From Eledone cirrhosa (Eukaryota), in assembly GCA_964016885.1 (NCBI GenBank), contig OZ024740.1:294624001-294688000 (forward strand): a stretch of 64,000 nucleotides of DNA, given 5' to 3'. A model generated the notes under the pieces. The model ran no database searches. It was not told where the DNA came from and was given only the letters and a program-made list of their open reading frames with translations. Position numbers and translations under genes: made by a program. Shown here piece after piece: positions 1 to 13,329 of this stretch; position 1 is the stretch's first letter, and every line of letters starts with the position of its first letter.

Positions 1-300
1 CTACCTCCTTATCAGCGTCAGTGATGGCAAGTACACCATCATCATTAAGGACACACTTCTCCCCGACAATATCACGGTTTTCCTTGACACATTGCCTAGC
101 AATCCTGAACACCTCACGTTTTTGGTCTTCGCGTTGTAGAACATGCTTGAACTACTTTCCTCTGCTTCCCTTCTTGCGAAATATATATGATGGGTTTCTT
201 CAACCAAATTCCACTCACAAGGCATTGGTCAACCCGAAACTCCAGCCAGTAGCAGACACTGAAGCCAGAACTTCCTGGTTGCAAAACAAACTCCTTAGCC
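1..300 (-). mobile_element. Degenerate RTE-clade LINE fragment (ORF2 region between endonuclease and RT)
   Basis: Aligns by eye to the RTE copy at ~56650-56900 (GCAATCCTGAACACCTC vs GCAATCTTGAACACCTC; ACACTTCTC); frameshifted. Confidence 0.7.
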
Positions 301-337
301 ATACAGTTATATATATATAATGTATATATATATATAG

Positions 338-567
338 TTTACTCCAGTTTACTCAGCTGTAGAAATGAGATGATAGGGACTGGGGTCCCTATCATTCCAC
401 TGCAAAGTGGTCGTGGAGGTGCCACGGCAAAAAAGCACCCAGCACTCACTGTAAATGAGGTTGGTGTGAGGAAGGGCATCCAGCTGTAGAAATCAAGCCA
501 GAATCAGTTCCCGTCCCACCATTGCAAGCAGCGAAAGGTGGACGTAAAATGAGATGATGATGATGAT
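338..567 (+). mobile_element. 5'-truncated SINE with RTE-derived 3' tail
   Basis: Nearly identical to the 3' part of the full copy at 8173-8515; ends in (GAT)n. Confidence 0.8.
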
Positions 568-719
568 ATTCCTATGATACAAAATTGTTTATTTTAAAGT
601 ATTTATATTTATCTAAAAAACATCCTTGTCTTTTATTAGAAATATAATAGAGAAAGAGTGAAAATGGTAAATATGTAAAAAAAACTACAAAAATCTAATG
701 TTTTTTTTTTTATAAACAG

Positions 720-783
720 TTGGAAAAGAGAAAAGAAAAACGGGAAGAAGCTCAAAAGGCTCTGGAGAAAGCTGAAGAAATTG
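720..783 (+). CDS. FEN1: Flap endonuclease 1, internal exon (LEKRKEKREEAQKALEKAEEIG; helical arch)
   Basis: Poly-T + CAG acceptor ending 719, GT donor at 784; matches the FEN1 'LAKRSERRAEAEKQL' segment; phase 1 joins the exon at 3628. Upstream exons are outside the window. Confidence 0.85.
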
Positions 784-894
784 GTGAAGATTTATTTCAT
801 TCTTGACATCTTTTCATAATCCTTTACTTGTTGCTTCATCCCAACAAATGAAATGACCAAAACCCACTTGATAAACATGTTTCTCTTCTAATTT

Positions 895-2700
895 CTTCCT
901 GTTGTGGTTCACCACCCAATCCTCACAATATTGTGGTTCACCACCCAGTCCTCACTGTAGTGTAGTTCACCACCCAGTCCTCACTGAAGTGTAGTTCACC
1001 ACCCAGTCCTCACTGTAGTGTAGTTCACCACCCAGTCCTCACTGTAGTGTAGTTCACCACCCAGTCCTCACTGTAGTGTAGTTCACCACCCAGTCCTCAC
1101 TGTAGTGTAGTTCACCACCCAGTCCTCACTGTAGTGTAGTTCACCACCCAGTCCTCACTGTAGTGTAGTTCACCACCCAGTCCCCACAGTAGTGTAGTTC
1201 ACCACCCAGTCCTCACTGTAGTGTAGTTCACCACCCAGTCCTCACTGTAGTGTAGTTCACCACCCAGTCCCCACAGTAGTGTAGTTCACCACCCAGTCCC
1301 CACAGTAGTGTAGTTCACCACCCAGTCCTCACTGTAGTGTAGTTCACCACCCAGTCCTCACAGTAGTGTAGTTCACCACCCAGTCCTCACTGTAGTGTAG
1401 TTCACCACCCAGTCCTCACAGTAGTGTAGTTCACCACCCAGTCCTCACAGTAGTGTAGTTCACCACCCAGTCCTCACTGTAGTGTAGTTCACCACCCAGT
1501 CCCCACAGTAGTGTAGTTCACCACCCAGTCCCCACAGTAGTGTAGTTCACCACCCAGTCCCCACAGTAGTGTAGTTCACCACCCAGTCCCCACAGTAGTG
1601 TAGTTCACCACCCAGTCCCCACAGTAGTGTAGTTCACCACCCAGTCCTCACAATAGTGTAGTTCACCACCCAGTCCTCACTGTAGTGTAGTTCACCACCC
1701 AGTCCTCACTGTAGTGTAGTTCACCACCCAATCCCCACAGTAGTGTAGTTCACCACCCAGTCCCCACAGTAGTGTAGTTCACCACCCAGTCCTCACAATA
1801 GTGTAGTTCACCACCCAGTCCTCACTGTAGTGTAGTTCACCACCCAGTCCTCACAGTAGTGTAGTTCACCACCCTGTCCTCACAGTAGTGTAGTTCACCA
1901 CCCAGTCCTCACAGTAGTGTAGTTCACCACCCAGTCCTCACAGTAGTGTAGTTCACCACCCAGTCCTCACTGTAGTGTAGTTCACCACCCAGTCCTCACT
2001 GAAGTGTAGTTCACCACCCTGTCCCCACAGTAGTGTAGTTCACCACCCAGTCCTCACAATAGTGTAGTTCACCACCCAGTCCTCACTGTAGTGTAGTTCA
2101 CCACCCAGTCCTCACTGTAGTGTAGTTCACCACCCAGTCCTCACTGTAGTGTAGTTCACCACCCAGTCCTCACTGAAGTGTAGTTCACCACCCTGTCCCC
2201 ACAGTAGTGTAGTTCACCACCCAATCCTCACAATAGTGTAGTTCACCACCCAGTCCCCACAGTAGTGTAGTTCACCACCCAGTCCTCACTGTAGTGTAGT
2301 TCACCACCCAGTCCTCACTGTAGTGTAGTTCACCACCCAGTCCTCACAGTAGTGTAGTTCACCACCCAGTCCCCACAGTAGTGTAGTTCACCACCCAGTC
2401 CTCACTGTAGTGTAGTTCACCACCCAGTCCTCACTGTAGTGTAGTTCACCACCCAGTCCTCACTGTAGTGTAGTTCACCACCCAGTCCCCACAGTAGTGT
2501 AGTTCACCACCCAGTCCCCACAGTAGTGTAGTTCACCACCCAGACCTCACAGTAGTGTAGTTCACCACCCAGTCCTCACAGTAGTGTAGTTCACCACCCA
2601 GTCCCCACAGTAGTGTAATTCACCACCCAGTCCTCACATTATTGTGGACCACCATCTACTCCTCGCGGTAGTGTGGTTCACCACCCAGTCCTCACAGTAT
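895..2700. repeat. 29-bp minisatellite, about 60 copies (GTAGTTCACCACCCAGTCCTCACTGTAGT)
   Basis: Head-to-tail units with 29-nt period (e.g. 962, 991, 1020); a few recurrent variants (CT/CC, CTG/CAG); no spacers. Confidence 0.97.
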
Positions 2701-3470
2701 TCAAATGTAAGTTCGATTCCCTGTGGCACAGTGTGTCCTTCAGCAAGACACTTTATTTCACATTACCGAAGTTCACTCTGCTGCAATATATGAGTTGTGA
2801 TATCACTGCTCCCACGCTGTATTGACCTATGTCTTTCTCTTGGATATCTGTCTGCCAAGCTGTATTGACCTATGTCCTTCCCTTGGATATCTGTCTGCCA
2901 AGCTGTATTGACCTATGTCCTTCCCTTGGATATCTGTCTGCCAAGCTGTATTGACCTAGGTCCTTCCCTTGGATATCTGTCTGCCAAGCTGTATTGACCT
3001 ATGTCCTTCCCTTGGATATCTGTCTGCCAAGCTGTATTGACCTACGTCCTTCCCTTGGATATCTGTCTGCCAAGCTGTATTGACCTATGTCCTTCCCTTG
3101 GATATCTGTCTGCCAAGCTGTATTGACCTATGTCCTTCCCTTGGATATCTGTCTGCCAAGCTGTATTGACCTATGTCCTTCCCTTGGATATCTGTCTGCC
3201 AAGCTGTATTGACCTAGGTCCTTCCCTTGGATATCTGTCTGCCAAGCTGTATTGACCTATGTCCTTCCCTTGGATATCTGTCTGCCAAGCTGTATTGACC
3301 TATGTCCTTCCCTTGGATATCTGTCTGCCAAGCTGTATTGACCTAGGTCCTTCCCTTGGATATCTGTGGCATGGAGAAAGGAGATGGATATGCACGGATG
3401 ACTGCTGGTTTTTCACAATAAGACTTTGTCTGGGTTTGTGTCTAGGAAAGGAACTTTCTAGGTTGAATCT
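2700..3470 (+). repeat. SINE with an internal 43-bp tandem expansion (about 13 copies, ~2815-3367)
   Basis: B-box-like GTTCGATTCC at 2710, the CAAGACACTTTATTTCAC domain seen in other SINE copies, then unit TGCCAAGCTGTATTGACCTATGTCCTTCCCTTGGATATCTGTC (period 43: 2853, 2896). Confidence 0.85.
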
Positions 3471-3627
3471 GAAGTTATCTAGTTGTAAAGCAAACTTCTT
3501 AACAATAGTAACCTTCCTGATAAACCTCTCTATCATCAGTCGCACAATATTAGAGGAAATATATCTTCTAATGTCATTTATTTTCTTTTGTAAATATCTG
3601 AATCAATCAAAATATCCAATTTTTCAG

Positions 3628-3737
3628 GGGATGTGGAAAACGTTGAGAAATTTAATCGGCGCCTTGTTAAAGTCACAAAAGAACACAATGCGGAATGCAA
3701 AAATCTACTAGCTCTAATGGGAGTACCATATGTAGAT
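3628..3737 (+). CDS. FEN1: FEN1 exon ([37 protein letters not shown])
   Basis: TTTTCAG acceptor, GTAGGT donor; matches FEN1 '[31 protein letters not shown]'. Confidence 0.95.
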
Positions 3738-5041
3738 GTAGGTTATTGTTTGCTATAATCTTTTAAAAATATTTTGGTGAATATGTTTTGAAGAATTGTT
3801 AATTGCTGCATTTCTTTACTCCAATATATATTGTTCACGAAGCTGAAGCATATAGGCAATATGCCCCACACCCTCCCACTGCAAAGTGGTCGTGGAGGTG
3901 TCATGACAAAAAAGCACCCAGCCCACACTGTAAAGTGGTTGTGTAAGCGTCACGGTAAAAAAAGTACTCAGCACTCACTGTAAATGAGATTGGTGTTAGG
4001 AAGGGCATACAACTGTAGAAATCAAGCCCAAATCAGTTCCCGTATGAGCAAGACAAGGTCACCCAACCTGGCACTGCCCACAACAGGACTACCCATCCAA
4101 CCCTTTTATTTTATCCATAAGATGTTATGGGTGTTATTCAAACATCTACCTCTGGGTATCCTGCTGCTTGGTTTTGCCCATAAAATCTATCCTGCAATTC
4201 TTTCCTTAGACATTCTAACCACATATCTATAGTAATTAGAGCTGTGATTTCTCATTATGGAGAAATAGTGGCTCTAATTGGAATGACACCCTGATCTCTG
4301 AACTACACACCCTAACTTCAGTGATTGTGTAGGTGTCACAACAAAAAGCACCCAGTCCACACTGTAAAGTGGTTGTGTAGGTGTCACAACAAAAAGCACC
4401 CAGTACACATTGTAAAATGTAGGTGTCACTTACATATGCTCTCACACTCAACCAAATGCATTCTATTGTGGCACCAGCACTCTGGGAATTGTCATATCTT
4501 TGATACAACTAAAGGGTCCTCCTGACCCTTTGTTTAGCAGGTTTTCTACAGCTAGATGACCTTCCTATCATTAACCACTTTACAGTGTACCGGGTGTGTT
4601 TATTATATATATTACAAACACTAAGGAGGTTGTCATGTCTTTGACACAATTCAAGAATCTTCCGAAATAGATTTTGATCAAGGCTGACTTAGGATTAAAC
4701 AACAACACTATTGCTCTCATTGTTATACAAATACCATGATCAGCAGCTTAATGTTAGCTGCTTCACTATAGGTTTTTAGATTATAAAAATTGTCAAACAA
4801 ATTCCCTTTTTCCATTTGAAGGGGCTTACATGCCCAATTTGTTCAGCTATTTTCATAGACAAAAGATCTACATTGAAGCAAATTACATTAAGTTAACATA
4901 GTCTCAATATTCCAAATTGCTGTCCACTTGTTAAATACAGATGATTGTTTGTTCACTGTCTTTTGTTAAATACTGTTGATAGTTCATTGTGTCTCTTGTT
5001 AAATACGGTTGATTGTTCACTGTGTCTCTTGTTATTTTCAG

Positions 5042-5178
5042 GCCCCTGGAGAAGCTGAAGCTCAATGTGCTGCTCTAGTTAAATCAGGAAAGGTGTTTGC
5101 TACAGGAACAGAAGATATGGATGCTCTTACTTTTGGTTCTTCAGTTTTACTTCGACATCTGACTTTTAGTGAAGCTAG
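5042..5178 (+). CDS. FEN1: FEN1 exon ([46 protein letters not shown]); catalytic EAE and EDMD motifs
   Basis: XPG-I domain signature; TTTTCAG acceptor, GTTAGC donor, phase 2 consistent with the next exon. Confidence 0.97.
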
Positions 5179-5412
5179 GTTAGCAATATTCTAGATTTAT
5201 TGATTTATTGCAGCATATGATCATCACATTGGCTATAGTCATCTATTAATTCTTTTGATAACAAACTGTGTGAAACCACCCTGGATTTATGGAAAAAAAC
5301 AGCTAATTTTAAAATGTTTATCTTTATATTAAAACCTTCCATCATAATTTTATTTTAGAAAGTTTTGTTAAGTAATGTTCTAAATATCAGCTTACTAATG
5401 AAAAACTGGGTT

Positions 5413-5450
<38 letters not shown>

Positions 5451-6611
5451 AATTATTGTGTAAAGTGCTTATTGAATTCCTCCAAATTTTAGTTTTTTTC
5501 TAATTGATGTACATAGGCAGTATATTTTATTTGAAATATGGTAACAAGCATGTTAAGTGGTTGGTGTTAGGAAGGACATCCAGCCAGGGAAACCATGCCA
5601 AAATTGGAACATATATTGTCTGTCATAAAATACATATAGATATAATGATAATAGCTATTTTTGACTCTGTAGTAAGAAACTCTAGGGAGTGCTGGACAGC
5701 AGAAGGTTTTCAGAAAAAAAGATCCTCACTTTTCATACACGGGGCCGGGCTGCATCAAGTTTATGACTCCTGGTTGCCTTTAACCACTTGGATATTAGAG
5801 AATTATGTATAGGGTACTTAAGTTGTATGGGGATTGCTTCTATTCCTCCTCGACCAGATTCAGCTAGAGCTATTTTCTAGCTAGTTTACTGCAAAGTTTC
5901 ACAATGATCTGTCTTCTAGTAAAGATACTATGAACATTTGAATTAACAAGCATGTTTTTAGATATTTTCTACTAAATCATTAATGACTGTTAAGAGTCAA
6001 ATATTTGAGATGTAGAATTATATTAATTTTGCCCTTCATTTTGTTTAAGTGTTTAAACAGTTGAATTACTAGAAGGAAGAAAATTTGTTCTCTTGAATTA
6101 TGTGACTTTATTATATTTCAATTATAAAAGATCGCTTTAAAGAGAAATTTACTTTTGAAATGAACTTTAGTTACTTCTTGAAGGAGCCTTTATGTGGTTG
6201 CTCAACCGAGAAAAGAAAAGTATTTAACAAGGTGTATATTATATTTTTTATAAAATAATTTCTTTGGAATTGATATCTTCATAAGTGCTTAATAATGCTT
6301 CTTGTTTAACCCTAGGTCATTCCTGATTAGGCAAACCTATTATCTCAAAAGAGTTCTAGCATTAATCATCCCATCTTTTGTATATCTAGAACTGTATATA
6401 AGGTGTCAGTAGAGGCAATTTAGTTACTATTTCTAGTAGATCGTGCTACCATGTAGTGGCTTCCACATTGGCTCGTTGCTCAAGAACCAAGTGTATTAGT
6501 AATATAAATAAGGATGTGTTGATTAATAAACTATTATCTAAACTGTCTGAAATGAGAAGATTTGTTGTGCTGTCTATAAGTTTATGCAAACATACGTTGA
6601 TTCTTTTACAG

Positions 6612-6678
6612 GAAAATGCCAATAAAAGAAATAAATTTGAATAAGGCTTTAGAAGAATTGGGTTTTTCACAGGACGAA
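6612..6678 (+). CDS. FEN1: FEN1 exon (KMPIKEINLNKALEELGFSQDE)
   Basis: TTTTACAG / GTAAGT; matches '[22 protein letters not shown]'. Confidence 0.93.
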
Positions 6679-7365
6679 GTAAGTTAGAATATAGAATTGT
6701 TTATTTATTCTATTTACTTGTTCAGTTTTTCTGTCTGTATAAGTGGCAACTAAAAGAGTTGGCATCAGGAATGGCATCTACATGTAAAACACTGCCTCAA
6801 AGTCTTTCTATCTGCATAAGTGGCAGCTAAAAGGGTTGGCATCAGGAATGGCATCCATCTGTAAAACACTGCCTCAAAAAGTTTGATACAACCCACGCTA
6901 ACATGGAAAAGCAGATGTTGACGATGTTTTTGTAAAATATCTTAACCCTTTTGATACGAACCCAGCCAAAACAGGCTCTGGTTCTATGAATCAAAACATT
7001 TTAAGGGATTCTTATTTAAATTAAAATCTTCAATCAAAATTTTCTAAAAGAATATGTTAACAGTATTTTTATGTTAATTTTTCATATAAATGTTTGTAAT
7101 GTTGTAAAATGCCCTTTAGCATATCCGGCCAGAATTCTCTTGCCTCTTTCTGTTCAAACCAGCTGTTGCTTATGCTGATGTTTAGGTATTGTTAAATAAA
7201 TAATAATATCAAAATCTCATAAATTCAATATTGTGTGAGGTGATGCCTTTACCGCGAAAATACAATAGTTAATATAAAGTAATGCTAAAGGGTTATAGTC
7301 TTACTTTGTCAGAACATACAATTTACTTTCAGCTATAATTTGAATTTTTTTTTTTTTTTTTTCAG

Positions 7366-7497
7366 TTCATTGACTTGTGCATCCTTCTTGGCTGTGACTA
7401 TTGTGATTCAATTCGTGGTATTGGTCCAAAACGTGCTATAGAACTTATCAAACAACATAAAAGTATTGAAACTGTTCTCGATTCTTTAGATAAAAAG
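7366..7497 (+). CDS. FEN1: FEN1 exon ([44 protein letters not shown]); helix-hairpin DNA-binding motif
   Basis: Poly-T CAG / GTAAGA; near-identical to FEN1 '[24 protein letters not shown]'. Confidence 0.97.
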
Positions 7498-8172
7498 GTA
7501 AGAGAAAGAATGTGTTATTAATTATTTACATAATGTATCGCGTGGCACCTTCTATCAGCTTATTCAGAAATTAATGCAGGTTTTTAAAACAACATATCTC
7601 AGTCCAAAATAAACTTTATTGAACTGAATAAAAACCATTGAATCTACAAGATGCCCGTTTATTCCAATAGCATAGAATTCTGGAGTTTTGGAGGTGATGA
7701 ATTATTCAAAGGTATTTTTTGTGGCTGTTTGGTTGTTGAAAACTTTTCCTTGCAAGAGGTTGTTGGAAAGAATGAAAATGTGGCAGTCGGTTATAATGTT
7801 AAGTTTTTCAGAAATTAAGTAGGTTTTATGTTTTGATTTGTTTTGACATTTTTTTAGAGATAAAATCTCACTTCAGGACCATGTAAGTGAATTTGACTGA
7901 CAGGAGCTGTAAGGAAGCCCATAACATATAATAGGTGTATGTCTTTGCTTTATCTCTTTTCTTCACATTTGATATTGCAGAGTGTGATATATGTTTATGT
8001 TCTGCATAAAGATCCCACTGCTCAGCAATGACACAAGCGAAAACCTGTACCTTGCTTAAAACGTGATGGTTGGCATCAGGAAGAGCAACCAGCTGTGAAG
8101 TTCTGCCTCAAAAAGCCTAATTTAACTCGTGGAAAAATATACATAATAAAAAAAAAATATATATATATATAT

Positions 8173-8515
8173 GGAGGCACATGGCTTAGTGGTTAGAGCA
8201 TTGGTTTTGCAATCGAAAGGTTGTGAGTTCAATTCTCAGACCGGGTGATGTGTTGTTTCCTTGAGCAAGACACTTTATTTCACATTGCTCCAGTTTACTC
8301 AGCTGTAGAAATGAGATGATAGGGACTGGGGTCCCTATCATTCCACTGCAAAGTGGTCGTGGAGGTGCCACAGCAAAAAAAGCACCCAGCACTCACTGTA
8401 AATGAGGTTGGTGTTAGGAAGGGCATCCAGCTGTAGAAATCAAGCCAGAATCAGTTCCCGTCCCACCCTTGCAAGCAGGGAAAAAGCGGACATAAAATGA
8501 AATGATGATGATGAT
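8173..8515 (+). mobile_element. Full-length tRNA-derived SINE with RTE-like 3' tail
   Basis: A-box TGGCTTAGTGG (8182), B-box GTTCAATTC (8227), central CCTTGAGCAAGACACTTTATTTCAC, tail shared with the RTE 3' UTR (54660-54930, - strand), (GAT)n end. Confidence 0.88.
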
Positions 8516-9064
8516 ATATATTAGAAAGAGTCAGGAGCTCGATGGCTGAGATCTTGCTGTTTTCACAGCTAATTCCAGTCTGAAATTAGCTGTCAAAATG
8601 GCAATAGTTCAGCTGTCAGGCTCCAACCCTTTCTAATGTAGTCACACTTTACTACCCCAAGTATCGAGTACTCTGTTGGATAATGGCCTTACTAGTTTAA
8701 TATTGGTTTGACCCTGATATATATACATATATACATGCATATGCGCACACATACATACAGTTTTCTTCACAACCATGAAATTTTAGGTTTAATAAAATTG
8801 GGACAGTTAGGTATCACAAGTGTCTCAATATAAAACTGGTTCTATTAAATAAAGCCACCCATAAAGGTTTCCAATTTATATTAAAATTTACTAACATAAT
8901 TTTATAAAAGAACCTTACATTAAGTTACTATCTTTGTAATGAAATAATTAATAATTTTAGTAAATCCCTTCATTAATTAATTCAAATAGAGTTTTTGTTA
9001 GAAATACGTTCATGAAAGGATTAAAAGCTTGTGTGTGTGTGTATATGTATACACATATACACAG

Positions 9065-9099
<35 letters not shown>

Positions 9100-9106
<7 letters not shown>

Positions 9107-9696
9107 ATGAAATATTGTGTACAGTGCTCAGGTGCACTACAACTCATCAAAAAGTGTATGTATAGTACATAGGGTAATGTACAAACATCAGGAAAATGAA
9201 CAGTGCATGAGTCATGATACACACGTGTGCATGTGTATGGAAGGGGTACATCAGGTGTAATTTTGGCCTATTTCGGGAAGCATGAGTGTCTTAAAGGATG
9301 CAGTGTCTTGGCAGCTAACAACTGACGCAGGCAGTTTGTTCCGTGCTTCAGCAACTCTGAGCGTGAAAAAATGTCTACGAAAGTCATGGGAGCTGTGCTG
9401 TTTTCTGATTTTGTAGGCATGTCCACGTGTGTTAGACACATGAAGATCAAAAAGGTGCTCAGGGTTGCAATTGGCGAGATGGTTAATAACTTTGTGGGTA
9501 TTTACCAAGTCCATTGCCAGACGTCGGAGCTTCAATGAATCCATGCCCAGGGAAGCAAGGCGTTCAGAGTATGGTAGGTGTCTGATGGAGGGTATGCGCT
9601 TGGTTGCACGTCTCTGAACAGTTTCCAGGAGGTCAATGTTCTGAGCAAGATAGGGGTTCCAGACTGATGATGCGAATTCCAAGTGTGGTCGTACCA
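9100..9696 (-). mobile_element. 5'-truncated CR1/L2-group LINE (RT C-terminus + 3' UTR)
   Basis: ORF VRPHLEFASSVWNPY...LETVQRRATK...TRGH; same family as 47709-49128. Confidence 0.92.
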
Positions 9697-9967
9697 TAGA
9701 TGGACTCATCACTCAGTTTAACGATATATATATATACATTCATTTCATTTTCTTAGTTTGAATCTGCTTTTCTATTTCTAAATACAGAGAGGTGACTTTT
9801 AACAATACTTTTAATTCACTTTTGAATAAGCTTTTTTCTTTATAAAATGAAGTGTGAAGATATAAATCATTTTATTTTCATTAATGTCTTGTAAATGTGA
9901 TGTATAGAATATAAAATGGTTTGTCTGTTATTAGTTTTATTTATATTTATTTGATTTTTCTCTACAG

Positions 9968-10000
9968 AAATATGAAATCCCTGATAACTGGATGTTTAAA
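9968..10000 (+). CDS. FEN1: FEN1 33-nt exon (KYEIPDNWMFK)
   Basis: CTACAG / GTAAGT; matches 'KYPVPENWLHK'. Confidence 0.92.
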
Positions 10001-10689
10001 GTAAGTTATTCACTTTGTACATATTTCAAAAACCATTATTTGAGTGGTGAGTGGCTAAATCAATAAATTCTTGGACAATGTACTCTGAAGTATTTAATCT
10101 GTTTATATTCTGGACCTTCAAGACTTGTCGAAGAAAGGGAGGAAGCTATCTTCAAACTGGAAAACCTGACCTGGATGTTTGCAACAAAGTGAACTTTGCT
10201 AAATGCTAAAGCTCCCCAAGAACCAGGTGGTAGTGTTAAACTGGGTAACAGGTTAAATCTGTCACCAAAGAAGTTAGTGTTGAGAACCAGAACAAATATT
10301 GAATGATGTTTATCCAAAAATTAAAGATTAAAATTAAGGAGTTAAAGATGGGGTGCCTCTATCTGGAATGTTTGTGGTACAGTTTAGTGAACTTGTTAAA
10401 GTAATGGACAAGATGCTTTGTGATATTAGTTCTGGCTCTTGGCACTCTCAGTTCTTGTTAGAACCCATCACTCAGTTTAACGATATCACCTGGCCCTTCA
10501 TTCTATTGCAAGTATTCAGGCTAGATTTCTAGTTTAAGGATAGCTGCCTCACTTTCTCACACCAAAGGTCTGGAAAAAATAAACGGTTATGGACATTATT
10601 CTTCTCTCTGTGACTTAACTGTAAAGATTGATTTAATGACATTTATCATTCAGGTTAACTAACTGATATTTTTAGCTCATGACATCCTA

Positions 10690-11062
10690 AATATTGTCCC
10701 TTTTTCATGAATGTAAGTCTATCTTCACATTACAATGTCCCCCTTTCTATGTATGTAAGTCTATCTTCACATTATATTGTCCCCTTTCTATGTATGTAGA
10801 TCTATCTTCACACCACATTATCTCCTTACTATGGATGTAGATCTATCTTCACACCACATTATCCCCTTACTATGGATGTAGATCTATCTTCACATTACAA
10901 TGTCCCCTTTCTATGTATGTAGGTTTATATTCACACCACATTGTACCCTTACCATGTATGTAGATCTATTTTCACACATTGTCTCCTTTCCATGTATGTA
11001 GATCTATCTTCACATTACAATGTCCTCTCTGCATGTATGTCGATATATCTCCACATTATATT
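10690..11062. repeat. Degenerate ~40-bp minisatellite (TATGTATGTAGATCTATCTTCACA... units)
   Basis: About 9 imperfect tandem units. Confidence 0.85.
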
Positions 11063-11379
11063 AAGCAAATGGTTGAAATGTTTATCATCTTGAATATTTA
11101 ATGTCCGTTTTCCATTAGCAAGGGTTGAACAGGACATCACAGACCATCAGTCACTAATCGGAGCTACTGACCTCCCAGATGGCTTTCATTGTCACACTTA
11201 ATAGAATGTATTGTGTGTGTTTTATCATGGCACTAGCACAAGGGAGATTACGATGTCTTTGACATAACTGTAAAGTTCTCTTGACCCTTTATTTGCTAAG
11301 TTTTCCATGTTACTAAAATGCTTACTTATTGTTACCGATTCCTATGGATTTCATGTATTTGGTTTTGTCATTTTTTAAG

Positions 11380-11433
11380 GAAGCAAGACGACTATTTCAG
11401 GAGCCAGAAATTGCTGATCCTGTTTCTCTTGAT
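11380..11433 (+). CDS. FEN1: FEN1 exon (EARRLFQEPEIADPVSLD)
   Basis: TTTTTTAAG / GTGAGT; matches 'EAHQLFLEPEVLDPESVE'. Confidence 0.92.
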
Positions 11434-12482
11434 GTGAGTAAATTGTTATCTATATGGTTAGAGATATGAAATGTGTTGGAAAGTGGTGGTCACTAACTGG
11501 AGTGGTTGTGGGGTCAAGAAAGGAAAGCCAAGTAAAGTTATATTGGAGTTATGATGAGGATCGTGGCTGTAAAAAAAAGGAAAGTCGTTAATGTTGCTCT
11601 AATAGAATTTTGAGGCAGTGAATTTGAGAACCTCTGCTGTAGAACATCAGATAGAATACATTGTGATACTTGTTCTGGCTCTCTGTGCTCTGTTTAAATC
11701 TCGCTGGGGTTAATTTTACCTTACCTCCTTTCAAGGTCAATAAAAAAAGTACCAGTCCAGTTTGGGGGTTGATTCTTTCTCGGAAAAAAAATTTACCTGT
11801 GTTCAGACCTGGAGAAGGATGGGCTCCACCAAGTTTTAAAAATATGTCCCTGCATGACTCTGTTAGGAATTTAATATTGCAATTTAAGTTTAAACCATTC
11901 TCTCATTTTCCTAGGGTTGTTCTCATAAGTCCAGTATAATTAAATTTCTTATGGATATGTTATTCTGAATGAAATGCCAATTGTTCTACCAAACTTGCTT
12001 AAGACACATGGCTGTGTTAAGATCTGGAGAGGGGATAGGCTCTGCCATGATTTAGAAAATGCCTAAAGAAACACTGCACTCCTACAAGTTTTCCCCAGAG
12101 TTCTCAAGAAGGAAATATGGAGATATTTCTCTTGGATGTTTGATGAGAACTGGTTGATCAATTACTAATGGTTTGGTGAGTTTGAAAAATAATGAAAGCA
12201 ACAGCAGCAGGTTTAGCAGAATTTAAAGAAATTAGAAATGTCTTTTAACCAGAGTAGTCATTGATATTAATATGGGTATTGGTGTAGAAAAGAAGACCAG
12301 AATTCCAGTATCGTAGCTTATTGTGTACTAATCATTGTGTGGGACTTATGAACCATTTTAATACTAACCTATCCAAAACTGGCTCTGATTCTATGAAATA
12401 CCCTCTCTCTCTCTCCCCCTCCCTCCCATTTTAAAGGATTCCTACTTAAGTTAAAATGTTCCTACATTATTTTATATAACAA

Positions 12483-12702
12483 CAGTGGATTGGCTGTATC
12501 GATAGAGCATTGGGCACTATGCTTTGCGGCGCAGAATTATGGCCCTTTACGTTCTGAGTTCAAATCCTGCCAAGCTTAGCTTTGCCTTTCATCCTTATGC
12601 GGTTGATAAAATAAAGTACCAGCCGCGCACTGGGGTCGATTTAATCAACTTTCCCTCTCCCAAAATTGCTGGTCTTGTGCCTAAATCTGAAACCATTATT
12701 AT
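12483..12702 (+). mobile_element. tRNA-derived SINE, second family (GCCTTTCATCC...GATAAAATAAAGTACCAG core)
   Basis: B-box GAGTTCAAATCC, conserved core, (ATT)n tail; further copies at ~14200, 16430, 25715(-), 27205(-), 37670(-), 42026, 42640, 46140, 52136, 53930, 54068, 59770, 60270. Confidence 0.85.
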
Positions 12703-13009
12703 AAGAACCTTTTATTAAATTATGTTAGAAATACTATCTTAATATCTTAGTAAATCCATCCAAATGTTTCATTGATTAATTCAAATACATTAGAAATATG
12801 GTAAGTAAAGGATTAAACGGTTTGATCATAGGGGCACATTTTTAAACCTGTATTTGCTGGAGAGGGGCATTAAACACAGAATAGAAGCTTTGAAATATGC
12901 CAACTAATGAGTAGTCTCCCAAAGAGATTATCATTGGTATCAAACCATATCTTGTGTTGAATTTCTGTCATACCAAAAATTCTCTGATAGTCAGTGGTGC
13001 AACAGAAAC

Positions 13010-13255
13010 TGGCTGTAGTTTCCTGTCATTGAATGTAAGGTTAAAATATACATGATAGTAGATACTAGCAAAGACACAAGCTATGGTTTCCTGTCATTGA
13101 GTATATAGTTAAAATATACATGATAGTAGATACTAGCAAAGACACAAGCTATGGTTTCCTGTCATTGAGTATATAGTTAAAATATACATGATAGTAGATA
13201 CTAGCAAAGACACAGGCTATAGTTTCTTGTCATTGAGTGTAGGGTTAAAATATAC
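13010..13255. repeat. 68-bp tandem repeat, about 3.5 copies
   Basis: GGTTTCCTGTCATTGAG recurs at 13085 and 13153, with variants at ~13017 and ~13221. Confidence 0.9.
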
Positions 13256-13329
13256 GGCACAACAGATTCTAGCAAAAAAATTCTGCAGACATTAGTTGTT
13301 TTGTTGGGTATAACAGACCTCGTGTCATA

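Noticed and set aside
895-2700. CRISPR-like array of 29-bp repeats
   Set aside because: Units are contiguous with no unique spacers, there are no cas genes, and the context is a eukaryotic intron; it is a minisatellite.
3259-3711. 150-aa ORF
   Set aside because: Read-through of the 43-bp repeat/SINE; it overlaps the real FEN1 exon in a different frame.
8173-8245. tRNA gene
   Set aside because: A and B boxes are present but it continues into a SINE body and tail; no complete cloverleaf.
9664-9680. Other CTGANGA matches (also 19700, 20942, 35451, 57260)
   Set aside because: No stem II + GAAA + stem I context; they fall inside coding sequence or microsatellite tails.
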